Virus record (IMG/VR): IMGVR_UViG_3300047562_004402
Location: 1-33,580 of that record
Direction: 5' to 3' (one strand)
Source: a virus
Lineage: Duplodnaviria; Caudoviricetes
DNA: 33,580 nt
A program made the translations under genes and the position numbers. A model generated the notes under the pieces. It was not told the DNA's origin and did no database searches. It saw only the letters and a program-made list of their open reading frames with translations. Shown in pieces: positions 1 to 8,120 of the stretch. Position 1 is the stretch's first letter. Each line of letters starts with the position of its first letter.

Positions 1-997
1 GTATTTCTTTGATTAAATTTTTATTAAAATCTGATTTTGATTCATCAACATAACGATTTAAAATTGATAATGTATTTTCATCTTCATCTATATGAAAATT
101 TTCATTTTCTTCAATTTGATAATTTTCAATAATTTTTAAATCGTTAACACCTGAAGAATATAATTTATCTATAAATTTTTCAAAGTTTTTATGGCTACTT
201 TTTTTCTTTACAACAACTTTAACAATTTTATTTCTATATTCCGTTGGATCTAAAAGTTGATGTGGAGTATCTTCATAATATATGATAGAAAATAAACTAT
301 AAGGATTATCAATTGCAACCAATTCAAGTGTTTCAGTATCAAAGATATGAAACCCTCTTACATCATTAACGTCATTCCAATACATTTGATAGGTATTTCC
401 CAAATAAAATACTTTCCCATCATTTGAACGAGTATGAAAATGACCAGAAAATACTCTAGAGAATTTGGAAAATATTTTTGGATCCATTCCACTCTCCATA
501 ATATGCCCATTATAAGGAGTAAAGCCATTTAATTCAAGATGACCCATTGCAACCTTTGCTGAGGTTTTATCAATTACTCTTAGAGTTTCATCATAATTTT
601 CAGAGCAGATCCAAGGGATCATTGCAATATCCAACCCACCAACATTTACAGTCTGTGGTGAACTATATTTTTTAATATTTAAATAATCTTTTAGTAATAA
701 TTCTGGAGAATTTAAACCATTAGTATTTTTATAATAACAATCGTGATTACCAACAATCATATGCACTTCATATTTCGATAATGGATCAAGAACCACTTCT
801 TTAGTCCATTGAAGACTTTGATAGTCAATAGATTTACGACTATCAAATGCATCTCCCATATGGATCACAGTCTGCACTCTATGCTCCTGTAAGGCCGGAA
901 AAAATACATCCCTATAAAACAGCTCAAAATAATCGTGAATGTGCTTAGAGCCCTTCTTAGCCCCCCAGTGAGTGTCCGTTAAAATAGCAATTTTCAT
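1..997 (-). CDS. g47: Recombination endonuclease subunit gp47 (SbcD/Mre11-like), 3' end runs off the window
   Basis: Not in the ORF track. Manual translation from ATG at 997: MKIAILTDTHWGAKKGS...IHMGDAFDSRK...IVGNHDCYYKNTN...MGHLELNGF...VFSGHFHTRS. These are the metallophosphoesterase motifs DxH, GD, GNHD and GHxH. Lies directly after g55, as in T4-like phages. Confidence 0.93.
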   Translation of the reverse strand, partial: MKIAILTDTHWGAKKGSKHIHDYFELFYRDVFFPALQEHRVQTVIHMGDAFDSRKSIDYQSLQWTKEVVLDPLSKYEVHMIVGNHDCYYKNTNGLNSPELLLKDYLNIKKYSSPQTVNVGGLDIAMIPWICSENYDETLRVIDKTSAKVAMGHLELNGFTPYNGHIMESGMDPKIFSKFSRVFSGHFHTRSNDGKVFYLGNTYQMYWNDVNDVRGFHIFDTETLELVAIDNPYSLFSIIYYEDTPHQLLDPTEYRNKIVKVVVKKKSSHKNFEKFIDKLYSSGVNDLKIIENYQIEENENFHIDEDENTLSILNRYVDESKSDFNKNLIKEI

Positions 998-1015
998 AAT
1001 AATTTAAATTTATAA

Positions 1016-1504
1016 TTATCGATTATTTCTATATTGAATATTGTCTTTAATAGTATTGTACTCGGAGCTACTTCCAGAAAGTAACCCGTCATCAACCATC
1101 ATAACTTCATCATAACCAGTCTTTTCGATAATTTTTGTCTTAATATCAAGTTGCTTTTTTTCCTTTTGAATTCTTCTTAGAAATGCGTAGTGAATAATTT
1201 GAGTAAAATATGCAAATGGATTCTTAGACTTCTCCGGATCAAAATTATGAATATATTGAACACAATTTTCTATTCCATCTGATATCATATCTTCCCTATA
1301 CATATAATTTACAAAATTTGGTTTATACGAATATTGTGTTGCAATTTTGAGAAAGCAATTTCCAATATAATTTGTAATTCTTGGTTTTGGTAATCCACCT
1401 TCTTTAGCTTTTGCAACCTTATCTCTATAAACTACTAAAGCTTCCAAAAATTCTTTATTATTAACATAATGCTCGGGTTTCTTTTTTGGCATGGTTACAG
1501 ACAT
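1016..1504 (-). CDS. g55: Sigma factor for late transcription gp55
   Basis: HYVNNKEFLEAL, SYKPNFVNYMYREDMISDGIENCVQYIHNFDPEKSKNPFAYFTQIIHYAFLRRIQKEKKQ are typical of cyanophage gp55. The true start may be the second Met at 1492. Confidence 0.95.
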   Translation of the reverse strand: MSVTMPKKKPEHYVNNKEFLEALVVYRDKVAKAKEGGLPKPRITNYIGNCFLKIATQYSYKPNFVNYMYREDMISDGIENCVQYIHNFDPEKSKNPFAYFTQIIHYAFLRRIQKEKKQLDIKTKIIEKTGYDEVMMVDDGLLSGSSSEYNTIKDNIQYRNNR

Positions 1505-1520
1505 TAAACTAATTGTTACG

Positions 1521-1540
1521 ATTGTACCATAATTATAGCA
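1521..1540 (-). promoter_or_regulatory. Tandem extended -10 elements (TGcTATAAT and TGgTACAAT) upstream of g55
   Basis: Minus strand reads ...GGTGCTATAATTATGGTACAATCG..., ending about 17 nt before the g55 ATG. No good -35 hexamer at 17-bp spacing. Confidence 0.55.
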
Positions 1541-1566
1541 CCTAACCTAACATATTGATAGGGGGG

Positions 1567-1595
1567 TTGACAAGTGCCTTGAAATCGAGTAGAAT
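1567..1595 (+). promoter_or_regulatory. Sigma70-type promoter on the plus strand (antisense to the Sm-like ORF/uvsW)
   Basis: TTGACA (1567-1572), exactly 17 bp, then TAGAAT (1590-1595), in the intergenic gap. No credible plus-strand CDS follows. Confidence 0.65.
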
Positions 1596-1628
1596 CTGCT
1601 TTGTCAGGGTTGGATGAGATATATAGAG

Positions 1629-2027
1629 TTATTTAAGATCTTTAAAGAGATTTTCAAGCTTATTACGAAAGTCTTCTACAGACCCTTTGTAGCCCATTTC
1701 ATTAGTTAATTTTACTTTGTTACTAGACATATCATGAGATTTATTATTAGATGAAATATAATTATTATAGATATCAATTAATTTACCATCATTACATTCA
1801 GTCATAGTAATTACTTTGTCTAATCGAATCATAAAAACATCTTCATTTGATAATTCCATCCAGGGTTTAATCTTAACAAATGAATTTCCATTAGCATAAA
1901 CCATTATCATAATCACAGGATTCTGAAGAATAATTATTGGATCATCTTCAGAATCATCTACTGATATAAGAGAAAATACTTCTTCCCCAGATACTAATTT
2001 TATGATGCAATAAAACTCCTCTCCCAT
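1629..2027 (-). CDS. Conserved cyanophage protein, probable Sm-like fold
   Basis: IIKLVSGEEVF...ILQNPV...IKPWM...FMIRLDKVITM pattern resembles phage Sm-like proteins. Occupies the usual slot between uvsW and g55. Confidence 0.65.
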   Translation of the reverse strand: MGEEFYCIIKLVSGEEVFSLISVDDSEDDPIIILQNPVIMIMVYANGNSFVKIKPWMELSNEDVFMIRLDKVITMTECNDGKLIDIYNNYISSNNKSHDMSSNKVKLTNEMGYKGSVEDFRNKLENLFKDLK

Positions 2028-2029
2028 GT

Positions 2030-3493
2030 TTAATCTTTTACCGATAAGTTTACAATATCATAGTTAAAGTTTTCTTCATTATAAATTTTAATCCGCTCTA
2101 TTAAATGATTTAGAGTATAATTTTTTCTTGATTTGTATGTGATATCATCAGAAATATCATAAAGAGTTGCCTTTGTTTTATTATTACCTTTTCTTAAAAC
2201 TCTTCCGATACTTTGCAAATTTCTTATTCTAGATTTACTTGGAGAAGCAAAAATTACATTATGCAAATTTTTAATATTAATTCCTGTAGAAAAAGTTCCA
2301 TAAGATGCAACAATAATAGCATTGTTTTCTCTTTCAGTAATTTCTCTAACTTTCTCTCTATCTTCAACATCAACACCACCATGTACAAAGAAAACATGTC
2401 GATTTCCTGTCACACTTTTATTTATTAATTCATAAAGAGGCTTTCCATGACCTTCTACCCGAGAGAAGAGAATTAAAGTATTTCCTTTCGCATCTATTGC
2501 TAAATTTTTAATTAAACGATTTCTCTTAGCATGATTGATAATGTATTGAACTTCCTCCTCAAAATTATTAAATTTTTGTGGGGAGTGTTTAAGTATAAGA
2601 ATTTTAATGTCAAGTTGGGCAAGATGACCTTTCTTCATAAGTTCATCTGTCTTAGTAATTTTATATGAAGGTCCAAAAAGTCCTTCTAAAACCCATTTAT
2701 GTGTTTGTGTTCCATCAAGTGTCCCAGTAAAACCAAATCTATACTTACAATCTGAAAGTTTTGTCATTATAGATACTAATGACTTAGATTTGAACTGGTG
2801 TGCTTCATCTCCAACTACCACATTAAATCTTGAAAAATACTTGCGGGGAAGTTTGTAGATTGACTGCCAGGTTGTGATGATAACCTGAGAATCTGTCTCT
2901 CTTTCTTTTCCAGCATAAATTTTGTGACAAAATGAACCCACGTCCCATCCATAATCTGCAAAGTCTTTATACATTTGCTCTACAAGGGAAGTCGTTGGAA
3001 CGACTATCAGAATATTTTGTCCTTTCTCAACGTAATATCTCACAACAGAATATATCATCAGAGACTTTCCTGATGCAGTTGGAGATATCAATAATCTTCT
3101 ATTATGTTTTAAGGCGTCGTATACTCCTTCAATCTGGTAATCTCTAGGAGAATGTCTACTAATAGAAGTCATATAATCTTTAATTCCAGCCTTTGAAATC
3201 ATTTTATTGAATTCAAAAGGGAGACCATAGAATTTATTATCCCTAAATTCATAGGTATAGTTATAATGCTCACAAAATTTTATTATTTTATCTAAAAGAC
3301 CAACATAAATTTCTCTTGTTTGGATATTAAAAAGGTGAATTCTTCCATCCCAGTACTTATTTCTATACTGAGGCATAAATTTTGCACCAGGAACATCAAA
3401 TGTGAATTGGTCTTTTAGTTCATAATAAACATGAGGGTCGGATTCAATTTCCAGAAAAACCTCATTCTTTTTAGATATAATAAGATGAGACAT
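2030..3493 (-). CDS. uvsW: RNA-DNA/DNA-DNA helicase UvsW (SF2)
   Basis: Walker A SPTASGKS, DEAH box (VGDEAHQFK), FTGT, STGINIKNLH and QSIGRVLR motifs. Confidence 0.96.
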   Translation of the reverse strand: MSHLIISKKNEVFLEIESDPHVYYELKDQFTFDVPGAKFMPQYRNKYWDGRIHLFNIQTREIYVGLLDKIIKFCEHYNYTYEFRDNKFYGLPFEFNKMISKAGIKDYMTSISRHSPRDYQIEGVYDALKHNRRLLISPTASGKSLMIYSVVRYYVEKGQNILIVVPTTSLVEQMYKDFADYGWDVGSFCHKIYAGKERETDSQVIITTWQSIYKLPRKYFSRFNVVVGDEAHQFKSKSLVSIMTKLSDCKYRFGFTGTLDGTQTHKWVLEGLFGPSYKITKTDELMKKGHLAQLDIKILILKHSPQKFNNFEEEVQYIINHAKRNRLIKNLAIDAKGNTLILFSRVEGHGKPLYELINKSVTGNRHVFFVHGGVDVEDREKVREITERENNAIIVASYGTFSTGINIKNLHNVIFASPSKSRIRNLQSIGRVLRKGNNKTKATLYDISDDITYKSRKNYTLNHLIERIKIYNEENFNYDIVNLSVKD

Positions 3494-3514
3494 AAATTCA
3501 CTTCAGCATATTGT

Positions 3515-3522
3515 TATTTAGT
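3515..3522 (-). promoter_or_regulatory. Late-promoter-like ACTAAATA upstream of uvsW
   Basis: Variant of TATAAATA located just after the uvsY terminator, about 21 nt upstream of the uvsW ATG. Confidence 0.45.
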
Positions 3523-3527
3523 GATAC

Positions 3528-3551
3528 AAAAAAAGAGGCTTTCACCTCTTT
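3528..3551 (-). terminator. Intrinsic terminator after uvsY
   Basis: Minus strand AAAGAGGT-GAAA-GCCTCTTT then TTTT: a stem with GNRA tetraloop and U tract. Confidence 0.8.
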
Positions 3552-3560
3552 AAAAATTTA

Positions 3561-3992
3561 CTAATTAAATCCTGCTTGAAATTTATGCCATTCAATAGCA
3601 TTCTTGATTTGATAAGATCTATTTGAAATAGTTTTAATAATGTCTTCCAAGAAACGAAGCATTACATCATAATACCCCATTTTTAATTCAAGTTTTCTTA
3701 ATTTTTCATCGGCATCCATATATCTTTGAAGAGATTCTTTATCTCTAACTTTATAAGGAAAAGGTTCTTCAATATAAATTTCTGGATCTGCTTTTCCAGT
3801 ATAATAATTATATCTTTCTAACTTAGCTTTAAAATATCTTTCTTTAGTATTTTCTTTGAGTAATGTTATCGTATTATGTAGAGTATAATATTTTGAATGA
3901 AGTTGTGGAATTTTTATAGATTCTTCGTGCAAATTGTCTGGATCAATAATTGAATCTTTTTCCCACATCTCCTGTATTTTCTCAAGGTTCAT
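3561..3992 (-). CDS. uvsY: Recombination mediator protein UvsY
   Basis: MNLEKIQEMWEKDSIID...ESIKIPQLHSKY...ISNRSYQIKNAIEWHKF. Sits between g3 and uvsW, with an ATGA overlap with g3. Confidence 0.92.
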   Translation of the reverse strand: MNLEKIQEMWEKDSIIDPDNLHEESIKIPQLHSKYYTLHNTITLLKENTKERYFKAKLERYNYYTGKADPEIYIEEPFPYKVRDKESLQRYMDADEKLRKLELKMGYYDVMLRFLEDIIKTISNRSYQIKNAIEWHKFQAGFN

Positions 3993-4552
3993 AGAAGTTC
4001 GCCATTTTTATCTGTAAGTTCATATAGAGTATAGTCGAAAGTCACCTCTGCTGTAAAGTATTCAATGTCAGATACGGTAGAATCAAACTCAATAGAAGAT
4101 AAGCTAGTTGGATGTAAGTCTATAAATTTAACTTTTACCACTGGATTATAATTACTATTCAATATAGTCAAAGTTCCGTCACTAAAATGTTTTCTAGTAT
4201 CAATTTTTCCCTGTCTTTCTAGATCATTTATTGTTGATTCGCTAAATTTTGCAAATTGATCTGGACTTTTTGGAAACCCAATTCCAATAAGCCAATTATG
4301 AATAATAGAATAATTTTTCATATCTTCATCTATCAAAAATTTTAATGACAATTTTCCATATTCCAATTTAGTTGCAGGAACTGGTATTTGTTTTAAGTAG
4401 CTTGGTTGTTCTAATGATGGATATGTGATTTCTGGTATTCTAGAACTATTGCAAAAAAAAGTTACCTTTGGATAATTTGCTAATGTAAATATAAATCCAA
4501 CTGGCGACAAAAAATTTCTATTATCAATTTGTTTGGGAAACATCGATGACAT
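3989..4552 (-). CDS. g3: Tail completion / tail tube terminator protein gp3
   Basis: NRNFLSPVGF...FLIDEDMKNY..IHNWL...SDGTLTILNSN...YFTAEVTFDYTLY, a tube-like fold. Directly follows g23, as in cyanophages. Confidence 0.88.
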   Translation of the reverse strand: MSSMFPKQIDNRNFLSPVGFIFTLANYPKVTFFCNSSRIPEITYPSLEQPSYLKQIPVPATKLEYGKLSLKFLIDEDMKNYSIIHNWLIGIGFPKSPDQFAKFSESTINDLERQGKIDTRKHFSDGTLTILNSNYNPVVKVKFIDLHPTSLSSIEFDSTVSDIEYFTAEVTFDYTLYELTDKNGELL

Positions 4553-4561
4553 TTTTATTTT

Positions 4562-4569
4562 TATTTAGA
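4562..4569 (-). promoter_or_regulatory. Late-promoter-like TCTAAATA upstream of g3
   Basis: Immediately after the g23 terminator U tract, about 9 nt before the g3 ATG. Confidence 0.45.
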
Positions 4570-4570
4570 T

Positions 4571-4596
4571 AAAAAAAAGAGGGTCCGAAGACCCTC
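4571..4596 (-). terminator. Intrinsic terminator after g23 with C(UUCG)G tetraloop
   Basis: Minus strand GAGGGTC-TTCG-GACCCTC-TTTTTTTT: perfect 7-bp stem plus 8 U. Confidence 0.93.
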
Positions 4597-4620
4597 CTGA
4601 AAAATCTGTAATCTAAATGA

Positions 4621-6036
4621 TCACATGAGGTTTTGTACTCTAACTCTTCTGTAGTATACGTTAGAGTTAGTGAGAAGCTTACCCTCACCAACCTCAGCAC
4701 CAGCAGCGAATGGGTTAGCAACCATGCCGTAGCGGGTCTTAAAGCCAATCTTTGGTTGGAAGGTATTCTCACCAACTGCACGTACCATCTGGAGAGGTAC
4801 ATATGGGCAGTAGAAGAGGCCTGCATCATATGCAGAAGAACCCTTATAACCAATAACGTAATACTGAGTATCAGCTACGTTTGCTGAATATGGGTCAATA
4901 TAGACCTTGTACTTACCTTGGAGAGTACCAGCAAAGGTGTTGCCAGTATCGTCTACATTAAGGTTTGCGTTGAGTGCTGGGGTGTAATCAAGAACACCTG
5001 CCATGGTTAGAGCTGAAGCAACGTCAGCAGAGCAGATGATCATGTTACCCTTTCCTCTACGAGTTTGCTGTGCAATTGCGTTTGCATCACGCTCGATTTG
5101 GAAAAGAAGACCTTTGAACTTCTCAACTGACCAACGACCGTTGGAGTCAACGTCGAGGTCGAAAGTACCAGCAGTTGCTACGTTTGCTTGAGCACCAGGC
5201 TTAGCAACCTTATAGACAGTACGAACAACTTCACGGTTAATTTCAGCAAGAATCTCAGTTGACAAGATGTTTGCCAACTCAGCTTCTGCATTTAGACCGT
5301 GAATTGCCTTAAGGTCTTGAGCAAGCTCAAGGCTGTACTCTGCTTTCAAGGCACGGGACTTAGCAGTTACAGTGACCTTCTCGATTGAGAATGCCATCTG
5401 GTTGAACTGGTTGTTGCCGTTTCCGAGGTCTTCAGACTGGGCAGTACCCATTGCCTGACCAACGTTATACTGGTTATTGCCAGCAGCAGCGTTAGCTGAT
5501 TGGTTGCTTGGATCTAGAATTGATGGATTAGAACCGCCTTGAGCAGTAGAACCCATACCTACCGCAGCATCGGTTTCATATCCGGTCAAGCTGCGAGCAG
5601 CATTCTGTCCTGAGAATGCTGAATCTACTTCATCATAGAAGGTTTCTGGACCATTCTGATCATCTTTGCGTGAACGCATTGCGAAAATAAGACCAGTTGG
5701 ACCGTTCATTGGCTGAACACCACAGATATCATATGCCATTAGATTTGGCATAGAACGTCTGATAAGTGAAATCAGCACTGGGTCAAAACCTGCTGTTGGA
5801 CCAGCGTTAAAACCTTGTCCGCTACCACCAAAACCAGCACTACCCACAGATGAGTGTGTGTGTACAGTTGGAGTTTCGCTGAGGAACTCAGCAGCCTCAC
5901 GCATTTCTCTTTCTTGGTTCTCTAGCAGGATAGCGGTTACTGCTCTACGATGTGAATCTTTGATTCCATCAAGCCCTTGATAATCAAGGATGGGAGCCCA
6001 CTTCTCCTGCAGATATTCTGCATTGTGCATCTGCAT
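4621..6036 (-). CDS. g23: Major capsid protein gp23
   Basis: LQEKWAPIL, FDPVLISLIRRSMPNL, GVQPMNGPTGLIFAMR, KSRALKAEYSLELAQDLKAIHGLNAEAELANILSTEILAEINRE, FQPKIGFKTRYG. Strong SD AGAGG. Confidence 0.99.
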   Translation of the reverse strand: MQMHNAEYLQEKWAPILDYQGLDGIKDSHRRAVTAILLENQEREMREAAEFLSETPTVHTHSSVGSAGFGGSGQGFNAGPTAGFDPVLISLIRRSMPNLMAYDICGVQPMNGPTGLIFAMRSRKDDQNGPETFYDEVDSAFSGQNAARSLTGYETDAAVGMGSTAQGGSNPSILDPSNQSANAAAGNNQYNVGQAMGTAQSEDLGNGNNQFNQMAFSIEKVTVTAKSRALKAEYSLELAQDLKAIHGLNAEAELANILSTEILAEINREVVRTVYKVAKPGAQANVATAGTFDLDVDSNGRWSVEKFKGLLFQIERDANAIAQQTRRGKGNMIICSADVASALTMAGVLDYTPALNANLNVDDTGNTFAGTLQGKYKVYIDPYSANVADTQYYVIGYKGSSAYDAGLFYCPYVPLQMVRAVGENTFQPKIGFKTRYGMVANPFAAGAEVGEGKLLTNSNVYYRRVRVQNLM

Positions 6037-6087
6037 TTGATTTTACCTCTTTTAAAAAATTTTAGTTTGATTTTTATAATTTAAAGT

Positions 6088-7200
6088 TCACTTTTTTGAA
6101 ACTTTACCGAGTGCTGTGAGATATGCTGCCATTCTTGGAGATACTTCTTCAGTAGACTCGTAAATGTCTGCACTCTCAGTTAAATTTTCGGCAATAATTT
6201 CTTGAGCACTGGACTTTGTTGGGAAATATGATTCCCTCAGGGTTACCAGTTTCTCACGATAGTTGTCTTCACCATCAAACTCAACATTTTCTGCAAGAGA
6301 AGCGAGTTTGTCTTTCTGAGAAAGTGCTAGACCCTCAGCGACATCAGCAAAAATACCATCAGCTTTTGACTCTGCTAATCTTTGATTAAGAGCAACATTG
6401 GTTCTAATTTGCTCGTTGAGTTTTTCTTCCATTTCATCAAGTTTATCCGCCATACCCAAGACTACATCATATTTATCTTCAGGAATTGAAACATAATGAT
6501 CTTCAAAAAGACCTCTCATTCCATGTAAGAATGATTCAGTCATTTCAGTTTTAAGTCCGGTTTCTACGGCAAGTGCATTTTCTTTAATCCACTCTTCAGC
6601 AACATACTCTAGGTATGCATCGACTCTCTCTTCAAGATTTTCCTTGATTTGAGCAATCTCTTCAACTAAGATATCTTGATATCTCTCTTCAAGAGATTCT
6701 TTGATTTCTTCTACCTTAGAGTTAATTGCGGCTTCAAAAATAACTCTTGCCTTTTCTTGGAATTCTTCAGAAAGTTCTTCACCACCAAGAAGAGCTTCAA
6801 TATCCTCATCAATATCATACTCAATTGATTCTGAATCTTCTACAATTTCTTCAGTATCTTCTGCTTCTTCGCTGTACTCATCTTCGATTAATTCATCTTC
6901 AACTTCAGACTCTTCTTTTCTTACCCCAGATTGCCCTGGAGTTGAATGTGAGAGCTTTGGCATTGGGTCCGCACCCTTTGCCTTACTGTTTACAACATCA
7001 GAAACTGTTTTGACTGAAGGCTCTTTTAATTTTGCGGAATTATCATCGGTACGATAATTCTCTGGAGTAGGACCGCCGAGATCTTCCCAAGCACCAGATT
7101 GCCCTGGAGTTGAATGTGAGAGCTTTGGCATTGGGTCTGCGGATTTTGCTCCTTTGGTTACTACATTTTCCATTTCTTGTAAATTCTTACCAACGGACAT
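6088..7200 (-). CDS. g22: Prohead core scaffold protein gp22
   Basis: Acidic coiled coil with LSEEFQEKARVIFEAA, RVDAYLEYVAEEW, KLVTLRESYF. Lies between g21 and g23. Confidence 0.95.
   Translation of the reverse strand: MSVGKNLQEMENVVTKGAKSADPMPKLSHSTPGQSGAWEDLGGPTPENYRTDDNSAKLKEPSVKTVSDVVNSKAKGADPMPKLSHSTPGQSGVRKEESEVEDELIEDEYSEEAEDTEEIVEDSESIEYDIDEDIEALLGGEELSEEFQEKARVIFEAAINSKVEEIKESLEERYQDILVEEIAQIKENLEERVDAYLEYVAEEWIKENALAVETGLKTEMTESFLHGMRGLFEDHYVSIPEDKYDVVLGMADKLDEMEEKLNEQIRTNVALNQRLAESKADGIFADVAEGLALSQKDKLASLAENVEFDGEDNYREKLVTLRESYFPTKSSAQEIIAENLTESADIYESTEEVSPRMAAYLTALGKVSKK
6926..7137. repeat. Perfect 44-bp direct repeat within g22 (6926-6969 and 7094-7137)
   Basis: ccagattgccctggagttgaatgtgagagctttggcattgggtc occurs twice, 168 bp apart, encoding DPMPKLSHSTPGQSG. 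Confidence 0.95.
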
Positions 7201-7231
7201 TTTTTTAGATATATGTGTTATAATCTATATT

Positions 7232-7239
7232 TATTTATA
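7232..7239 (-). promoter_or_regulatory. T4-type late promoter TATAAATA upstream of g22
   Basis: Exact consensus in the g21-g22 gap, with an overlapping AATAAATA at 7228-7235. Confidence 0.8.
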
Positions 7240-7241
7240 AT

Positions 7242-7892
7242 TTATAAATTTGAGAGAAAATTTTGGAAGAGGTTTAGCTTATGCTCTTCTAACATTTTTC
7301 TTGATACTAGAGTATTAATTCTTCTCTTTGTTTGTTCTGCAAGTTTTTCACGAAGAATACCTCCTTCCCAAACCCACTCTTTACCTTCCATAATTCCCTG
7401 AACAAATGCATCAGGTGCAGAAGGATCTGCTACAATATCTGCAGCAGTTGCGAGCATAAAGTCTTCACCAACAATTTTGTGCCCTTCATTACTCATTTGT
7501 AATGAGCCAACACCACGGGAAGACACTCCAAGAGTTACTCCTTCACTAATTAGTGATTTTGCAATCTTACCCATTGGAGTTTCAAGAAGCTGTGCCTTAC
7601 CTTTAAAGTTTAATCCTTCTTGGGTTAGTGATACAATCTTGTGCGACACCCTATCAAGATTTACAGTTGGTCCATCTGGATGTCCTAATTCTCCAAGGGC
7701 ACGACCCTTTGCAATGAAATTTTCATTGTATCTTTTTACCTCACGGGCAAGAGTTTGCATTGGATACATTCTTCCATTACGATTGCAAATATCTCCCTGA
7801 AGAAAAACACCTTCAATATAGAGTTTTTTATCGTTGCCTGTACCTTCAGTAATAAATTTAACTTCCGATACTTCTTCTGTAATTAGTTTCAT
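7242..7892 (-). CDS. g21: Prohead protease gp21
   Basis: MKLITEE, LYIEGVFLQ, NRNGRMYP, ALGELGHP, LGVSSRGVGS, DIVADPSAPDAFV. Start reassigned to ATG 7892, because the track's 25-codon extension overlaps the upstream small ORF. Confidence 0.96.
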   Translation of the reverse strand: MKLITEEVSEVKFITEGTGNDKKLYIEGVFLQGDICNRNGRMYPMQTLAREVKRYNENFIAKGRALGELGHPDGPTVNLDRVSHKIVSLTQEGLNFKGKAQLLETPMGKIAKSLISEGVTLGVSSRGVGSLQMSNEGHKIVGEDFMLATAADIVADPSAPDAFVQGIMEGKEWVWEGGILREKLAEQTKRRINTLVSRKMLEEHKLNLFQNFLSNL

Positions 7893-7911
7893 TTTTGTCT
7901 TTTGTATTAAT

Positions 7912-8085
7912 TTATTCCTCACTATCTTCATGATATTCAATATTTTGACCAAATAAAGATGCTGCAACTTCCGGCTTAATCATTTCAATATTTTCTGCAC
8001 TTTTTGCAAAAAGTGCAGTTTTAATGGCATCAGAAATATCTGATGGTGAAGCATCTGCCGCAATCAAATCTACAATATTTTCCAT
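7912..8085 (-). CDS. Small acidic protein (57 aa) in the gp67 prohead-core position
   Basis: Not in the ORF track. MENIVDLIAADASPSDISDAIKTALFAKSAENIEMIKPEVAASLFGQNIEYHEDSEE*. Fills the g20-g21 gap and is preceded by TATAAATA. Confidence 0.8.
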   Translation of the reverse strand: MENIVDLIAADASPSDISDAIKTALFAKSAENIEMIKPEVAASLFGQNIEYHEDSEE

Positions 8086-8112
8086 TTTAAGTATAATATT
8101 TGACTATAAAGG

Positions 8113-8120
8113 TATTTATA
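8113..8120 (-). promoter_or_regulatory. Late promoter TATAAATA overlapping the g20 stop codon
   Basis: Exact consensus; its TAA is the g20 stop. Confidence 0.75.

Noticed and set aside
4524-4853. 109-aa minus-strand ORF overlapping the g23 end; likewise 8172-8414, 8631-8828, 14059-14298, 16767-16976 and 32031-32237
   Set aside because: Alternative-frame ORFs inside real genes. The first also runs through the g23 terminator. No supporting signals.
6926-7137. 44-bp repeat as attachment site or mobile element ends
   Set aside because: It lies in frame within g22, the intervening sequence is ordinary gp22 coding sequence, and no recombinase is nearby.
7893-7967. 25-aa N-terminal extension of gp21 in the ORF track
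   Set aside because: It overlaps the 57-aa ORF in another frame, and gp21 homologues begin at MKLITE.
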